A stretch of 32,000 bases of DNA, taken from positions 1,892,061 through 1,924,060 of the forward strand of contig NZ_CM001976.1 in the NCBI RefSeq assembly GCF_000406145.1, in the 5' to 3' direction. Position numbers and translations under genes: made by a program. Below are positions 1 through 9,819 of the stretch, in pieces; the stretch's first letter is position 1, and each line of letters opens with the position of its first letter. Source of the stretch: Dickeya dadantii NCPPB 898 (GTDB taxonomy: Bacteria > Pseudomonadota > Gammaproteobacteria > Enterobacterales > Enterobacteriaceae). A model generated the notes under the pieces. That model saw only the letters and a program-made list of their open reading frames with translations, was not told where the DNA came from and ran no database searches.

Positions 1-115
1 CGACAATCAATACTCGTGCGGCTTTCAGGCGCTCCTGCGCATCAAAATCGAAGCCGCGCAGCACGATCTGCCGGTTATAGCGCAGGGTTTCTTCATCGGT
101 CAGTTCAGGCAACAT
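1..115 (-). CDS. moeB: Molybdopterin-synthase adenylyltransferase MoeB, first 38 codons only (gene runs off the left edge)
   Basis: The reverse complement of 1-115 translates to [38 protein letters not shown], the conserved ThiF/MoeB N-terminus. Its ATG (115-113) overlaps the moeA TGA (117-115) by one base (TGATG coupling). Confidence 0.85.
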   Translation of the reverse strand, partial: MLPELTDEETLRYNRQIVLRGFDFDAQERLKAARVLIV

Positions 116-1350
116 CAGTAGTGACTCTGCAACAGGGGATTAAACGGTTCGACATCCACCCATTCGCCGGCTTCCACCCGACCGCGCTCGGCTTCCAGCA
201 CGATGAAGCAGTTACCCTGGTTGAATGAACTGAACACATGGGAGCCCTGATGCCCGGTGGTGCGCACTTCCAGATCGCCCTCGGCGGTGCGGCTTAGAAT
301 GCCGCGCTGGAAGTCCAGTCGACCGGGCGTTTTCTTCAACGACGTCGTCGTTTTAACCCGAAAACGCGCCGGCAGCGACCAGTCGGTATGGCCGGATAAC
401 CGCGCCAGCAGCGGCTGCACCAGTTGGTAAAAGGTGACGGCGGCGGACACCGGGTTGCCCGGCAACCCGCAGAACCAGGCGTGACTCAGCTTGCCGAAGG
501 CAAACGGCTTGCCGGGTTTGATCGCCAGCTTCCAGAAGCGAATATCGCCCAGCGTTTCCAGCATCTGTTTGGTGTAATCCGCTTCCCCCACCGACACGCC
601 GCCGCTGCTGATCACCACGTCGGCGGCCTGATCCGCCTGCTGAAACGCCTGACGCAGCGCCGCCGGGTCATCGCGCACGATGCCAAGATCGACCACCTCA
701 TAGCCCAGCTGTTCCAGCATCAGACGCACGGCAAAGCGGTTGGTATCGTAAATCTGCCCTGCCTGCAACGGCTCGCCGACCGGTTGCAGTTCGTCGCCGG
801 TGGAAAACAGCGCCACACGCAAACGGCGCACCACTTCAACCGCGCTGATACCGAGCGACGCCAGTAGCGGTAATTCGGCCGTGCCCAGTCGGGTGCCGGC
901 CGGCAGCACCTGCGCCTGACGGCGGATATCCTCACCGGTACGGCGGATGTTTTGGCCCGGTTTAACCGCACGGGTGAAATGGACCCGGCCATCGGCATCG
1001 CTTTCCGTGTCCTCTTGCATCACAACCGCGTCGGCGCCGGTGGGAATCGGAGCGCCGGTCATGATGCGGATGCAAGTTCCCTCCGGCCAATTGGCGTCAA
1101 ACGGCGCGCCGGCAAACGCTTTCCCCGCCACCGGCAGCGGCTGGCCGGTCAGCTCATGGCACCGCACGGCATAGCCGTCCATCGCGGAATTATCGAACGG
1201 GGGCACATCGAGGGGGGAGGTTACCGCCGTCGCCGTGATGCGACCGGCAGCCTGATAAATCGACACCGTTTCTGTCGCGGTGAGTGGTGAAACCTGCGCC
1301 AGCATGGTTTGCAGCGCCTGTTCCAGAGAGAGTAAACCCGAAGTATCCAT
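115..1350 (-). CDS. moeA: Molybdopterin molybdenumtransferase MoeA (411 aa)
   Basis: ORF 115..1461 is MoeA-like along its length (for example [12 protein letters not shown] and [10 protein letters not shown]). I moved the start to ATG 1350 ([13 protein letters not shown]), which has GGAG 5 nt upstream and gives the E. coli MoeA length. The 37 upstream codons consist of tandem-repeat DNA. Confidence 0.93.
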   Translation of the reverse strand: MDTSGLLSLEQALQTMLAQVSPLTATETVSIYQAAGRITATAVTSPLDVPPFDNSAMDGYAVRCHELTGQPLPVAGKAFAGAPFDANWPEGTCIRIMTGAPIPTGADAVVMQEDTESDADGRVHFTRAVKPGQNIRRTGEDIRRQAQVLPAGTRLGTAELPLLASLGISAVEVVRRLRVALFSTGDELQPVGEPLQAGQIYDTNRFAVRLMLEQLGYEVVDLGIVRDDPAALRQAFQQADQAADVVISSGGVSVGEADYTKQMLETLGDIRFWKLAIKPGKPFAFGKLSHAWFCGLPGNPVSAAVTFYQLVQPLLARLSGHTDWSLPARFRVKTTTSLKKTPGRLDFQRGILSRTAEGDLEVRTTGHQGSHVFSSFNQGNCFIVLEAERGRVEAGEWVDVEPFNPLLQSHY

Positions 1351-1390
1351 GACAGCTCCACTGTTCTGTTCGCCGCATCGTGGGCGGGCA

Positions 1391-1435
1391 GAAAAGGCAT
1401 AGTTAGAAAAGGCATAGTTAGAAAAAGCATAGCTA
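1391..1435. repeat. 15-bp tandem repeat x3 (gaaaaggcatagtta, gaaaaggcatagtta, gaaaaagcatagcta)
   Basis: Read directly: two perfect copies and one copy with 2 mismatches, head to tail, 41-85 nt upstream of the moeA ATG. Confidence 0.95.
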
Positions 1436-1444
1436 TAGGTTGCC

Positions 1445-1473
1445 ATTATGGCAGAAATCACCGGGTGGGAGAA
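1445..1473 (-). promoter_or_regulatory. Candidate sigma70 promoter for moeAB
   Basis: On the minus strand, TTCTCC (1473-1468), a 17-nt spacer, then CATAAT (1450-1445). This would put the tandem repeats at the 5' end of the leader. Pattern match only. Confidence 0.3.
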
Positions 1474-1498
1474 TGAGGCAGGTCAGTAGCGCGCGGGA

Positions 1499-1524
1499 TA
1501 AAAAAACGCGGCCGAAGCCGCGTC
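1499..1524 (-). terminator. Rho-independent terminator of maeA
   Basis: On the minus strand, ACGCGGC-ttcg-GCCGCGT followed by a run of 7 T, 45 nt downstream of the maeA stop. Confidence 0.85.
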
Positions 1525-1568
1525 TGAGATAGCGATCGCCCTGAAATTAGCGCGATCGGAAAGCGTAA

Positions 1569-3266
1569 TCAGAAAGAGGTACGCTTGTAGGTGCGGTACT
1601 GCGGCTGCCAGAAGTTGTGGGCAATCGCTTTTACCAGCGCATCTTCGGAGGTCACTTCCGCAACGCCCTGCAACTGAGCCGCTTTGGCGACTTCCAGCGC
1701 AATGTGCCTGGAGACGTCCTGAATGGTGCTCACTTCCGGCAACAACGGACCTTCACCCTGGTTTGCCAGCGGCGAGCAGTCGGCCAGTGCACGGCTGGAG
1801 GCCATCAGCATGCCGTCGGTGATGCGCTTGGCGCCACAGGCCAGTACGCCCAGACCGATGCCGGGGAAAATGTAGGAGTTGTTGCACTGTGGGATCGGGT
1901 AAACCTTGTCTTTGTGCTGTACCGGGGCAAACGGGCTGCCGGTTGCTACCAGTGCGGCGCCGTCGGTCCAACGGATGATGTCTTCCGGACGCGCTTCCAC
2001 GCGGGACGTCGGGTTGGACAGCGGCATCACGATCGGACGGGCGCAGTGGCTGTGCATTTCACGGATGAGCTCTTCCGTGAACAGACCCGGCTGGCCGGAT
2101 ACGCCGATCAGGATGGTCGGTTTGCCGTTACGCATAACGTCCATCAGGGAGATGGCGTCGCTGGTGATGTCCCATTTGGCCAGATTGTCGCTTTTCTGCA
2201 CCAGTTTGCTCTGGAAGTCGAGCAGGTTCGGCAGTTTGTCGGTCAACAGGCCAAAACGGTCCACCATGAAGACGCGGGCGCGGGCTTCTTCATCGCTCAG
2301 GCCTTCGGACTTCATCTGGGCGATGATCTGCTCGGCGATGCCGCAACCGGCGGAACCGGCGCCAAGGAAGGCCACGGTCTGGTCGCGCAGTTGGCTGCCG
2401 GCCGCGCGGCTGGCGGCGATCAGGCTGCCCAGCGCCACGGCGGCGGTGCCCTGAATGTCGTCGTTGAAGCTACAGATTTCGTCGCGGTAGCGGTTCAGCA
2501 GCGGCATGGCGTTGTTCTGGGCGAAGTCTTCAAACTGCAGCAGCACGTTCGGCCAGCGGCGTTTCACCGCCTGAATGAATTCGTTCACGAACTCATAGTA
2601 TTCGTCGCCGGTAATGCGCGGGTGACGCCAGCCCATGTACAGCGGGTCGTTAAGCAGTTGCGGGTTGTTGGTGCCGACATCCAGCACCACCGGCAGGGTG
2701 TAAGCCGGGCTGATGCCGCCGCAGGCGGTATACAGCGACAGTTTACCGATCGGAATACCCATACCGCCGATGCCCTGGTCGCCCAGACCGAGGATACGTT
2801 CGCCGTCCGTCACCACGATGACTTTTACGTTTTGTTTGGTGGCGTTTTGCAGCATATCGTCGATATGCTCGCGGTTGGGGTAGGAGATAAACAGGCCGCG
2901 GGCACGACGGTAAATGTCGGAGAAGTGTTCACAGGCGGCGCCCACCGTCGGCGTATAAATGATCGGCATCATTTCGCTGAGGTGGTTTTCCAGCAGACGG
3001 TAGAACAGGGTTTCGTTGGTGTCCTGAATGTTACGCAGGTACACGTGCTTTTCCATGTCGTTCTTGAATTCCTGATACTGCCGCCAGGCGCGCTCCGCCT
3101 GTTCTTCAATGGTTTCCACCGCTTCGGGCAGCAGGCCGTGCAGGTTGAACTGAGCGCGCTCCGCCTCGGTAAAGGCGCTGCCTTTGTTCAGCAGGGGAAA
3201 TTCGAGCAGGATAGGGCCGGCATAAGGGATATAAAGCGGGCGTTTACTTTCGTATTCCAATTCCAT
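1569..3266 (-). CDS. maeA: NAD-dependent malic enzyme (565 aa)
   Basis: Full-length ORF. N-terminus [37 protein letters not shown] and the same length as E. coli MaeA/SfcA. Malic-enzyme motifs [15 protein letters not shown] and [10 protein letters not shown] are present. Confidence 0.97.
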   Translation of the reverse strand: MELEYESKRPLYIPYAGPILLEFPLLNKGSAFTEAERAQFNLHGLLPEAVETIEEQAERAWRQYQEFKNDMEKHVYLRNIQDTNETLFYRLLENHLSEMMPIIYTPTVGAACEHFSDIYRRARGLFISYPNREHIDDMLQNATKQNVKVIVVTDGERILGLGDQGIGGMGIPIGKLSLYTACGGISPAYTLPVVLDVGTNNPQLLNDPLYMGWRHPRITGDEYYEFVNEFIQAVKRRWPNVLLQFEDFAQNNAMPLLNRYRDEICSFNDDIQGTAAVALGSLIAASRAAGSQLRDQTVAFLGAGSAGCGIAEQIIAQMKSEGLSDEEARARVFMVDRFGLLTDKLPNLLDFQSKLVQKSDNLAKWDITSDAISLMDVMRNGKPTILIGVSGQPGLFTEELIREMHSHCARPIVMPLSNPTSRVEARPEDIIRWTDGAALVATGSPFAPVQHKDKVYPIPQCNNSYIFPGIGLGVLACGAKRITDGMLMASSRALADCSPLANQGEGPLLPEVSTIQDVSRHIALEVAKAAQLQGVAEVTSEDALVKAIAHNFWQPQYRTYKRTSF

Positions 3267-3406
3267 GACTTTTGACTCTTTGGGTAGCGGAAATCGGTTC
3301 GAAGAACCAACGAAACGATAGGATAGCGCGGATCTTAAAGTACCCTAAAAATATGTACAGGGATTGTTAATTAAAATAATTACAGATGACTTGCATATGA
3401 AAAATA

Positions 3407-3422
3407 TGTGGGGAAAGTCACA
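3407..3422. promoter_or_regulatory. CRP-like site (TGTGG-N6-TCACA) upstream of maeA
   Basis: atatgTGTGGggaaagTCACAtat matches 9/10 core positions with 7-nt palindromic arms. The centre lies about 148 bp upstream of the maeA ATG. Confidence 0.4.
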
Positions 3423-3547
3423 TATTGTGCCGCTTCCGGTGGAAAAAGAGAGCGATTGGGAGGCGGTTGTAGTCACACGGTGTGAATTTGCCCCACCATC
3501 GGCTCGAAGAGGCGCCGCCATACGAACGTCGGGCGGCGCGCCATACC

Positions 3548-4435
3548 TCAGTACGCCAGCTCGCGGCGCACATCGGTACAACCGAATGACGCCAGCAACG
3601 GCTGGGCCAGGCTCCACTGACTGAGCGCCACATGGCCGGATTCCACCAAAACCGCCCGCTGGATGTCTCTGAACGCCTCGCCGGCCAGATTGACCAGGTT
3701 CAACGCCGCCTGCAACGGCGGCAGGCTGGGATTGAACGCGGCGTTTTCCGCATAGCGCCCGGCGTAGCGGCTTCCGCGACGGGTTTCCAGCGCGATGCCG
3801 CTGAAGGCTTTACTGTATGGCGCGTGGCTGCGGTTGGCCGCCGCCAGCGCCAACTGATGCAGCGCATCGTCTGTCGTCAGCGCCAGGCCATTATCAATGT
3901 CATCCATCAGCAGGGTGTTGATCGCCAGATCGCGCGGGCCAAACGCATCCGGCAGGTAATGGCCGAGCAGCGCGGGCGAACGTCCCGGCAGGCAGATACG
4001 CAGTTCGGGCGCGCTATTCAGCTCGTTCATGAACTGGCGGCAGTGTCCGCAGGGCGTGTAGTTGACCGTCACCGCCCGCAGCGCGGGTTCGTCACGCAGC
4101 CAGGCATGACTGATGGCGCTTTGCTCGGCGTGGACGGTCTGTTGCAGCGGCATGCCGTCAAACTCCATATTGGCGCCCCAATAGAAGGCGCCGCTAATAC
4201 CCTGAGCTATCGCGCCGACGTGAAAGTGAGACACCGGCGTCAGCGCGCAGGCGGCGGCCAGCGGCAGCAGGGCGAAGGCCAGACCGTCGGCGTCGAGCTG
4301 GCTCTGGGCGCAGATTTCGCTGACATCGTCGGCGCTCAGCATGGCGGCAAAATCATCACGCGCCAGTATCGGCGCCAGCGCGGCTTGCAGCGCCGCAGGC
4401 AGTTGCGTGAAAGCGTCGTGAAAGCGTGCTTGCAT
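3548..4435 (-). CDS. cdd: Cytidine deaminase (295 aa)
   Basis: ORF 3548..4492 trimmed to ATG 4435 ([17 protein letters not shown], compare E. coli MHPRFQTAFAQL). Contains the catalytic HAEQSAI and [12 protein letters not shown] motifs. Confidence 0.95.
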   Translation of the reverse strand: MQARFHDAFTQLPAALQAALAPILARDDFAAMLSADDVSEICAQSQLDADGLAFALLPLAAACALTPVSHFHVGAIAQGISGAFYWGANMEFDGMPLQQTVHAEQSAISHAWLRDEPALRAVTVNYTPCGHCRQFMNELNSAPELRICLPGRSPALLGHYLPDAFGPRDLAINTLLMDDIDNGLALTTDDALHQLALAAANRSHAPYSKAFSGIALETRRGSRYAGRYAENAAFNPSLPPLQAALNLVNLAGEAFRDIQRAVLVESGHVALSQWSLAQPLLASFGCTDVRRELAY

Positions 4436-4502
4436 GATGGTCTCTCTTTCCCGGTTTGCAGGGCGTGTTAACCAGAGTCTGGTCAGACACACGGTAGTTA
4501 TT

Positions 4503-4518
4503 TGTGATTATTATCACT
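4503..4518. promoter_or_regulatory. CRP site, cdd promoter (TGTGA-N6-TCACT)
   Basis: tttGTGAttattaTCACttt matches 9/10 core positions and lies about 75 bp upstream of the cdd ATG. E. coli cdd is known to be CRP/CytR controlled through tandem CRP sites. Confidence 0.6.
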
Positions 4519-4534
4519 TTTTATATGAAATAAA

Positions 4535-4550
4535 TGAAAAAGAAATCACA
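4535..4550. promoter_or_regulatory. Second, weaker CRP-like site (TGAAA-N6-TCACA)
   Basis: The right half-site is perfect and the left is 3/5. It sits 32 bp centre-to-centre from the first site. Confidence 0.35.
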
Positions 4551-4568
4551 AATGCGAGATGTCTCGCA
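4540..4568 (-). terminator. Candidate terminator after yohK
   Basis: On the minus strand, TGCGAGA-ca-TCTCGCA followed by TTTGTGATTTCTTTTTC. It is about 100 nt downstream of the yohK stop and overlaps the distal CRP-like site. Confidence 0.4.
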
Positions 4569-4665
4569 GGTTTTGACGGGCGTGCGGGCAGGTATGGGGG
4601 AGAGGCGAGCCGTTACCTACGGCAATGGCTCGGATAACCGGAATACCAGAGGCAATCAACGATGG

Positions 4666-5364
4666 TTATGTCCCCATCAGGCGCACGATCACCGGAAACA
4701 GAAACGGGGCGATCAGCGAGGTGATGATGCCGCAAATCACCAGCGCCAGCGAACTGAAGGCGCCTTCCTGAAAGTCGACTTCCGCACAGCGGGCGGTGCC
4801 CAGCGCGTGCGACGCCGTGCCCATCGCCAGCCCGCGGGCGGATTTGGCGTGGATTTTCAGCCGGTTGAACAGGGCGTGGCCGAGCACGGCGCCGACAATA
4901 CCAACCAGAATCACGCACATGGCGCTGATGGCCGGAATGCCGCCGATGGAACTGGCGACCGCCATGGCGATCGGCGTGGTGACCGACTTCGGCAGCACCG
5001 AGGCGGCGATTTCCCGCGACGCACCCAGCCACAGGGCGATGACAGTGCCGGAAATGATCGCGGTGACGCTGCCGATAAAACAGACGCTGATGATGGATTT
5101 CCAGCGCGCGCGAATCTGATGCAGTTGTTCATATAGCGGAAACGCCAGCGCCACCACCGCCGGTTGCAACAGGCTGTTGAGGATGGCGCTGCCGCTGAAA
5201 TAGTGGTTGTAGGGGATATCCAGCACCAGCAGCAGCGGGATGATCACCAGCATCGACACCAGCAACGGGTTCAGCAGCGGCATTTTCAGTGTCATCGCCA
5301 TCTTGCGGGCGCCAAAGAACACCACCAGCGTCAGCGGCAACGACCACCACAGATAAGTCAGCAT
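4666..5364 (-). CDS. yohK: LrgB-family inner membrane protein YohK (232 aa)
   Basis: Polytopic membrane ORF with LrgB/YohK-like sequence (PKSVTTPIAMAV, GTASHALGTARC) and the same length class as E. coli YohK. Its ATG overlaps the yohJ TAA (TAATG). Confidence 0.9.
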   Translation of the reverse strand: MLTYLWWSLPLTLVVFFGARKMAMTLKMPLLNPLLVSMLVIIPLLLVLDIPYNHYFSGSAILNSLLQPAVVALAFPLYEQLHQIRARWKSIISVCFIGSVTAIISGTVIALWLGASREIAASVLPKSVTTPIAMAVASSIGGIPAISAMCVILVGIVGAVLGHALFNRLKIHAKSARGLAMGTASHALGTARCAEVDFQEGAFSSLALVICGIITSLIAPFLFPVIVRLMGT

Positions 5365-5774
5365 TATTTTTCTTCCTTCGTGTCTGCGCCGCTCCGGCTG
5401 GAGACCTGCCGGTCAGCGTGCATCATCTGGGTGGTATAGCCGACGACGATCATCACCACAAAGGTGCTGACCAGACAGGAGATGACAATCGGGCCAAACT
5501 GGTCGCGCAGCACGCCATAGTAGTTCATCACCCCGACCCCGATGGGCACGAACAACAGCGCCATGTAGCGGATCAGCAGATGGCAACCGGGTTTGACCCA
5601 ACCGGGAGGCAGGATTTGCGATGCCAGCAGCGCGAACAGAATCAGCATGCCGAGGATGCTGCCGGGAATGGTGATGGGAAGTAACGCGGATATCGCATTG
5701 CCGGCGAACAGACACAGATAAATCAATGCGAAAGCGCGTAAATACTGCCAGCAAAGGGTGAGGGTACTACGCAT
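5364..5774 (-). CDS. yohJ: LrgA-family (UPF0299) membrane protein YohJ (136 aa)
   Basis: ORF 5364..5843 trimmed to ATG 5774 ([19 protein letters not shown], compare E. coli MSKTLNIIWQYLRAFVLIY). The conserved block [16 protein letters not shown] is present. Confidence 0.88.
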   Translation of the reverse strand: MRSTLTLCWQYLRAFALIYLCLFAGNAISALLPITIPGSILGMLILFALLASQILPPGWVKPGCHLLIRYMALLFVPIGVGVMNYYGVLRDQFGPIVISCLVSTFVVMIVVGYTTQMMHADRQVSSRSGADTKEEK

Positions 5775-5883
5775 AGGGAAAATCCTGATTAACCGAGGCA
5801 GTGATGATAACGCTAATATTGTCAGGGTGCTACGAATCACCAAACGCGGCCGGAGGTTTTCCCGGCGCGATCCCGCTGCGGCG

Positions 5884-5912
5884 GAAAAGGGTCGCCCCGG
5901 ACGAACCGGGGC
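5884..5912 (-). terminator. Candidate terminator of the GH3 gene
   Basis: On the minus strand, GCCCCGG-ttcgt-CCGGGGC followed by gacccTTTTcc, 9 nt after the stop. Confidence 0.55.
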
Positions 5913-5920
5913 AACGTGGG

Positions 5921-7897
5921 TCAGTGGGGTAGGCCGTAACCGAACGGGAACAGCGGTTTATCGCTGTCGTACGGCAGGTCGGGCTGCTGTTTCAGCACCG
6001 CCTGCATGGAGGACGGCAGTTCGAAGGGTAATTTTGCGGTGTAAGCCGCGCCGGAGATCAGCCTGTTCAGCAGCACGCTATCGCTGACGCCGAAGTTGGC
6101 GATCAGCGTACGGGTTTTGTCCACGACGTTGGTGAGGACCGCCGGTCGTTCCATATAGACGGTGACCAGCGTCGGCACGCGGGCGCTGGCGCGCACGATG
6201 GCCTGATAGTCCGGGTTGTCCGCGCGAAACGCCAGCGAGCCTTCATGATGACGGCTGCCGAAGAAGAAGTTTTTGTGCGGCTGTTCGTACGGGGTGTGGG
6301 TGCGAATCAGCGCCACGTCCGCCTGTTCCGGCACATTCACGACGACAAACCCCGCTTCCTGAGCCGCCTTTGCGTCAATGCCGTGCAGCCAGACCCGGCT
6401 GCCTTTGCGCAGCGGCAGCAGATTGTTGTTTTGCAGCAATACCAGCGCTCGCGCCTGGGTATCGTCCGCCAGTTGTTGCCAGTCCGTTCTGCCGACGATA
6501 TCGTCGGCCTGCCCGGCATTGACGTAGGGGCGCTCGAATAACCCGGTCTGGAATTTCTGCTTCAGAATACGGTTGACTGAGGTATCCAGCCGGGCTTCGC
6601 TCAGCAGGCCGTCCTGCACGGCTTTCACCAGCACGGCCGAGTCGGTTACGCCGCCGAACTGATCCACCCCGGCGTTAACCGCCTTGATGAAACGCTCGGC
6701 GGGCGTCAGGTTTTCCACGCCCCACGGCATGCCGCGCGGCACCGGTTTTTCACCGGGTTTAACGCCGGTCAGGCAGTCGCCTTTGCAGTCATTGGTGATC
6801 AGCCAGTCGCTGAGGATCACGCCATCGAAACCGTATTGGCCGCGCAGCAGGTCAGTCAGCAGGAAACGGTTGAACCCGGCGCCGACTTGTTCAATCGGTT
6901 TGCCGTGCCAGCGCGCGTTGCGCAGGATGGAGTAAGTGGGCATGATGCCGGCGGCATGGGCTTCAAACGCGCCGGTAAACGGGTCGATATGCCACTGTAA
7001 ATTGTTTTGGCGGAATAAAGCGTATTTGCCGTAAGCGTTGTGGCTGTCCCAGCCGTCCTGCGCCGCGCCGTAGCCGACCCAGTGTTTCACCACCGAAATC
7101 ACGCTCTGGCTGTTAAGGCCGTTTTTGCCGTTCTGCATCCCGGTGACGTAACCACGCACCATCTTTTTGGTCAGGTCCGGGTCTTCGCCGAAGGTGCCGT
7201 CGATACGCGGCCAGCGCGGTTCGGTCGACAGGTCGGCCTGGGGCGACAGCGCTTCGGTGATGCCGACCGCACGATATTCCTGACGCACGATATCGGCGAA
7301 GATTCGCACCCGTTCTTCGTCGCCGATGGCCGCCAGACCGAGGGTTTCCGGCCACTTGCTGAATTTGCCGACCGACACGCTGACGCCGACCAGCGACTGG
7401 AATGAATTACGCGGGTCGGTGCTGATGGTGGCGGGGATACCCAGCCGGGTGGCTTCCGCCAGTTGCTGTAGCTTGTTGTTTTCTTCCGCCATCTGGGCCG
7501 GGTTATCGCCGGACAGCCGGGTAATAAAGCTGTTGACGTGGCGCTCGGCGATCATGGTTTTGGCGGCGTTGAGGTCGTACTGGTTACCGGCGCCGGTAAC
7601 GCTGCCGGCGGTAGGGGCGGAGCCGTGCATCATCACCCCGGCCTTTTCGTCCAACGTCATACGTGACACCAGATCCGCTGCGCGTTGCGCCGGCGGCAGG
7701 CGCCAGTCTTCGTAGGGATTGAGTTTGCCGTCGCGGTTTAGGTCCTTGAATGTCAGGCCGTCGACGTTAATCAGCGGGGCTTCGCGAGTATCGAGCGTAG
7801 CCTGTTGCACCGCCTCCGCCAGTGGAGAAAACAGTAAGGGTAGGGTGGCAACCCAGGGCAGAACCACCGCGGTGTGCGGTGCGCATCGTGATGTCAT
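5921..7897 (-). CDS. Periplasmic glycoside hydrolase family 3 beta-glucosidase/beta-xylosidase (658 aa), BgxA-like
   Basis: GH3-type sequence ([25 protein letters not shown]). Start set at ATG 7897, giving the signal peptide [32 protein letters not shown]; the 13 upstream codons lie inside an ERIC repeat. Size and context recall Erwinia chrysanthemi BgxA, from memory only. Confidence 0.88.
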   Translation of the reverse strand: MTSRCAPHTAVVLPWVATLPLLFSPLAEAVQQATLDTREAPLINVDGLTFKDLNRDGKLNPYEDWRLPPAQRAADLVSRMTLDEKAGVMMHGSAPTAGSVTGAGNQYDLNAAKTMIAERHVNSFITRLSGDNPAQMAEENNKLQQLAEATRLGIPATISTDPRNSFQSLVGVSVSVGKFSKWPETLGLAAIGDEERVRIFADIVRQEYRAVGITEALSPQADLSTEPRWPRIDGTFGEDPDLTKKMVRGYVTGMQNGKNGLNSQSVISVVKHWVGYGAAQDGWDSHNAYGKYALFRQNNLQWHIDPFTGAFEAHAAGIMPTYSILRNARWHGKPIEQVGAGFNRFLLTDLLRGQYGFDGVILSDWLITNDCKGDCLTGVKPGEKPVPRGMPWGVENLTPAERFIKAVNAGVDQFGGVTDSAVLVKAVQDGLLSEARLDTSVNRILKQKFQTGLFERPYVNAGQADDIVGRTDWQQLADDTQARALVLLQNNNLLPLRKGSRVWLHGIDAKAAQEAGFVVVNVPEQADVALIRTHTPYEQPHKNFFFGSRHHEGSLAFRADNPDYQAIVRASARVPTLVTVYMERPAVLTNVVDKTRTLIANFGVSDSVLLNRLISGAAYTAKLPFELPSSMQAVLKQQPDLPYDSDKPLFPFGYGLPH

Positions 7898-7915
7898 GTG
7901 GTTTTTCTCATTATG

Positions 7916-8118
7916 TATATACCCGTCATACTTCAAGTTGCAGGTGTGTTGGCTGCGTTACTCGGCCCCTCCTTGGGCCTCGCCCTTTCAGGGCCGCAGC
8001 AAGCTGCGTTCAAATCTGCTCCCGGCAGATTTGTCGTTCACCCGAATCACTTACCTGAGTAAGCTCATCGGGATTCACTCTCTTGCCGCCTTCCTGCAAC
8101 TCGAATTATTTTGGGTAT
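7916..8118. repeat. ERIC (enterobacterial repetitive intergenic consensus) element, enlarged form with an internal insert of about 73 bp (about 7964-8037)
   Basis: The termini tatacccgtcatacttcaagttgcagg and cctgcaactcgaattattttgggtat form the ERIC imperfect inverted repeat. The core cttacctgagtaagctcatcgggattcac matches the region targeted by the ERIC1R primer. The insert carries four short hairpins, for example aaatctgc-tcccg-gcagattt. Confidence 0.8.
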
Positions 8119-8157
8119 GGGCCAGAGGAAAAAACAGCGGGCGCCCGTGCGTGATAT

Positions 8158-8187
8158 TTCAACGCCAGGTCATTCAACGCCAGATCA
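8158..8187. repeat. 15-bp tandem direct repeat x2 (ttcaacgccaggtca / ttcaacgccagatca) plus a degenerate third unit to 8202
   Basis: Read directly; the two full units differ by one mismatch. Confidence 0.9.
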
Positions 8188-8480
8188 TTCATCACGACAG
8201 ACCATCGGGAAAAAGCCAGGACAGGCTGTGTCTGCTGAATGAAATAATGGTGAGCGAACGGCGAGTGCCTGCAATTATTTCTTGCCACGCTATGCCAGTC
8301 TTCATTGGGGATTCAAGCAGGGAAATAAAAATTCTGAAGCTGGATCAAAGAATTGTCGCAGGAGATTGCCGGTAGGTGATAATTATTCAATCACCATCAT
8401 TAGTGATAATTTCTTATTGTGATTTTCCGATTTGAATCGCTGGCAAATAATCAGGAAGAGAGGGAAAACGTATTCGGGAA

Positions 8481-8521
8481 ATAAAGAAAAATGAAACCGG
8501 GCGTTATTTGTCGCCCGGTTT
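8481..8521 (-). terminator. Rho-independent terminator of bioA
   Basis: On the minus strand, AAACCGGGCG-acaaataa-CGCCCGGTTT followed by caTTTTTcTTTaTTT, 14 nt after the bioA stop. Confidence 0.8.
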
Positions 8522-8534
8522 GAGGCGCGCGGGA

Positions 8535-9818
8535 TTACCACAACGCCGGGGTGAACACCGCTTGCCGAACCGCCTCGGTTAAGGTTTGTAATTCATCCGG
8601 CTGGATGATGAAAGGCGGCATCAGGTAAATCAGCTTGCCGAACGGCCGAATCCATACCCCCTGATCGACAAAGAACCGTTGCAGGCGCGCCATATTTACC
8701 GGCTGACGGGTTTCCACCACGCCGATGGCGCCCAGCACCCGCACGTCGGCAACGGTCGGTGCTTCCCTGAGCGGCAGCAACGCCTGACACAACTGCGCTT
8801 CAATGGCGGCCACCTGCGCCTGCCAGCGGTTTTCCGCCAGCAGCGTCAGGCTGGCGTGGGCCACGGCGCACGCCAGCGGGTTGCCCATGAAGGTTGGGCC
8901 GTGCATGAAACACCCGGCCTCGCCGTTGCTGATGGTATCCGCTACCGCGCGGGTGGTCAGCGTGGCGGAGAGCGTCATGTAACCGCCGGTCAGCGCCTTG
9001 CCGAGGCACAGGATATCCGGCGTGATTCCGGCGTGCTCGCAGGCGAACAGGCGCCCGGTGCGGCCAAACCCGGTGGCGATTTCGTCGGCGATCAGCAGAA
9101 TGCCGTATTGATTGCATAACTGGCGGACCTGACGCAGATACTCAGGATGATAAAACCGCATGCCGCCCGCGCCCTGCACGATCGGCTCCAGGATCACCGC
9201 GGCGATTTCATGCTGATGTTGTTGCAACAGCGTGCTGAACGGCGTGATGTCTTCCGGTTGCCACGGCTGGTCAAACCGGCAGCGCGGCGCGTCGGCGAAC
9301 AGATGCGGCGGCAGATAGCCCTGATAGAGGCTGTGCATCGAATTTTCCGGGTCGCACACCGACATGGCGCCAAAGGTATCGCCATGATAGCCGTGCCGCA
9401 GCGTCAGGAACCGCTGGCGGCGCTCCCCGCGCGCCTGCCAGTATTGCAGCGCCATCTTCATCGCCACTTCCACCGCCACCGAGCCGGAATCCGCCAGAAA
9501 TACGCACTCCAGCGCCGCCGGGGTGATCGCTACCAACTGTCGGCACAACGCCACCGCCGCCGGATGAGTGATGCCGCCGAACATCACGTGCGACATCTGC
9601 GCCAGCTGATCCGTCAGCGCCTGATTCAGCCGCGGATGGTTATAGCCGTGAATGGCGGCCCACCATGAGGACATGCCATCCACCAGTTGGCGGCCGTCGG
9701 CCAGTTGCAACCGGCAGCCGCTGGCGGCGGTCACCGGGTAACACGGCAGGGGAGCGGTCATGGAGGTGTAGGGGTGCCAGATATGGCGCTGGTCGAAGGT
9801 CAGGTCATCCGGAGTCAT
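8535..9818 (-). CDS. bioA: Adenosylmethionine-8-amino-7-oxononanoate aminotransferase (427 aa)
   Basis: ORF 8535..9863 trimmed to ATG 9818 ([20 protein letters not shown], compare E. coli [20 protein letters not shown]). The upstream in-frame codons lie inside the bio operator. Confidence 0.96.
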   Translation of the reverse strand: MTPDDLTFDQRHIWHPYTSMTAPLPCYPVTAASGCRLQLADGRQLVDGMSSWWAAIHGYNHPRLNQALTDQLAQMSHVMFGGITHPAAVALCRQLVAITPAALECVFLADSGSVAVEVAMKMALQYWQARGERRQRFLTLRHGYHGDTFGAMSVCDPENSMHSLYQGYLPPHLFADAPRCRFDQPWQPEDITPFSTLLQQHQHEIAAVILEPIVQGAGGMRFYHPEYLRQVRQLCNQYGILLIADEIATGFGRTGRLFACEHAGITPDILCLGKALTGGYMTLSATLTTRAVADTISNGEAGCFMHGPTFMGNPLACAVAHASLTLLAENRWQAQVAAIEAQLCQALLPLREAPTVADVRVLGAIGVVETRQPVNMARLQRFFVDQGVWIRPFGKLIYLMPPFIIQPDELQTLTEAVRQAVFTPALW

Positions 9819-9819
9819 A

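Noticed and set aside
1391-1435. Tandem repeats here and at 8158-8187 and 16326-16366 as miniature CRISPR arrays
   Set aside because: The units are contiguous with no unique spacers, are only 11-15 bp long, occur in 2-3 copies, and no cas genes are present in the window.
1351-1461. N-terminal extension of moeA ([24 protein letters not shown]...)
   Set aside because: It is made of the 15-bp tandem repeat. The MoeA homology, the E. coli length and a GGAG Shine-Dalgarno sequence all point to ATG 1350.
1617-3275. 552-aa plus-strand ORF covering the whole of maeA in antisense
   Set aside because: Low-complexity R/A/G/V-rich translation with no recognisable domain. The opposite strand encodes a full-length, highly conserved malic enzyme. 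Long stop-free antisense frames are expected in GC-rich genes.
8128-8150. Possible minus-strand terminator (cgggcgcccg palindrome followed by T6)
   Set aside because: The 10-bp palindrome has no loop, so the realisable hairpin is only 3-4 bp. That is too weak to call.
8106-8288. 60-aa minus-strand ORF containing NDLALNDLAL
   Set aside because: The repeat peptide is simply the translation of the 15-bp DNA tandem repeat. It has a GTG start with no Shine-Dalgarno sequence, and its 3' end runs into ERIC.
7719-8375. 218-aa plus-strand ORF
   Set aside because: It runs antisense through the GH3 N-terminus, then straight through the ERIC repeat and the tandem-repeat spacer. The composition is not protein-like.
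8374-8425. Possible Fur or CRP boxes in the GTGATAAT-rich stretch
   Set aside because: The best 19-mer alignments to the Fur consensus gave only 7-8/19. No TGTGA-N6-TCACA arrangement has both halves acceptable.
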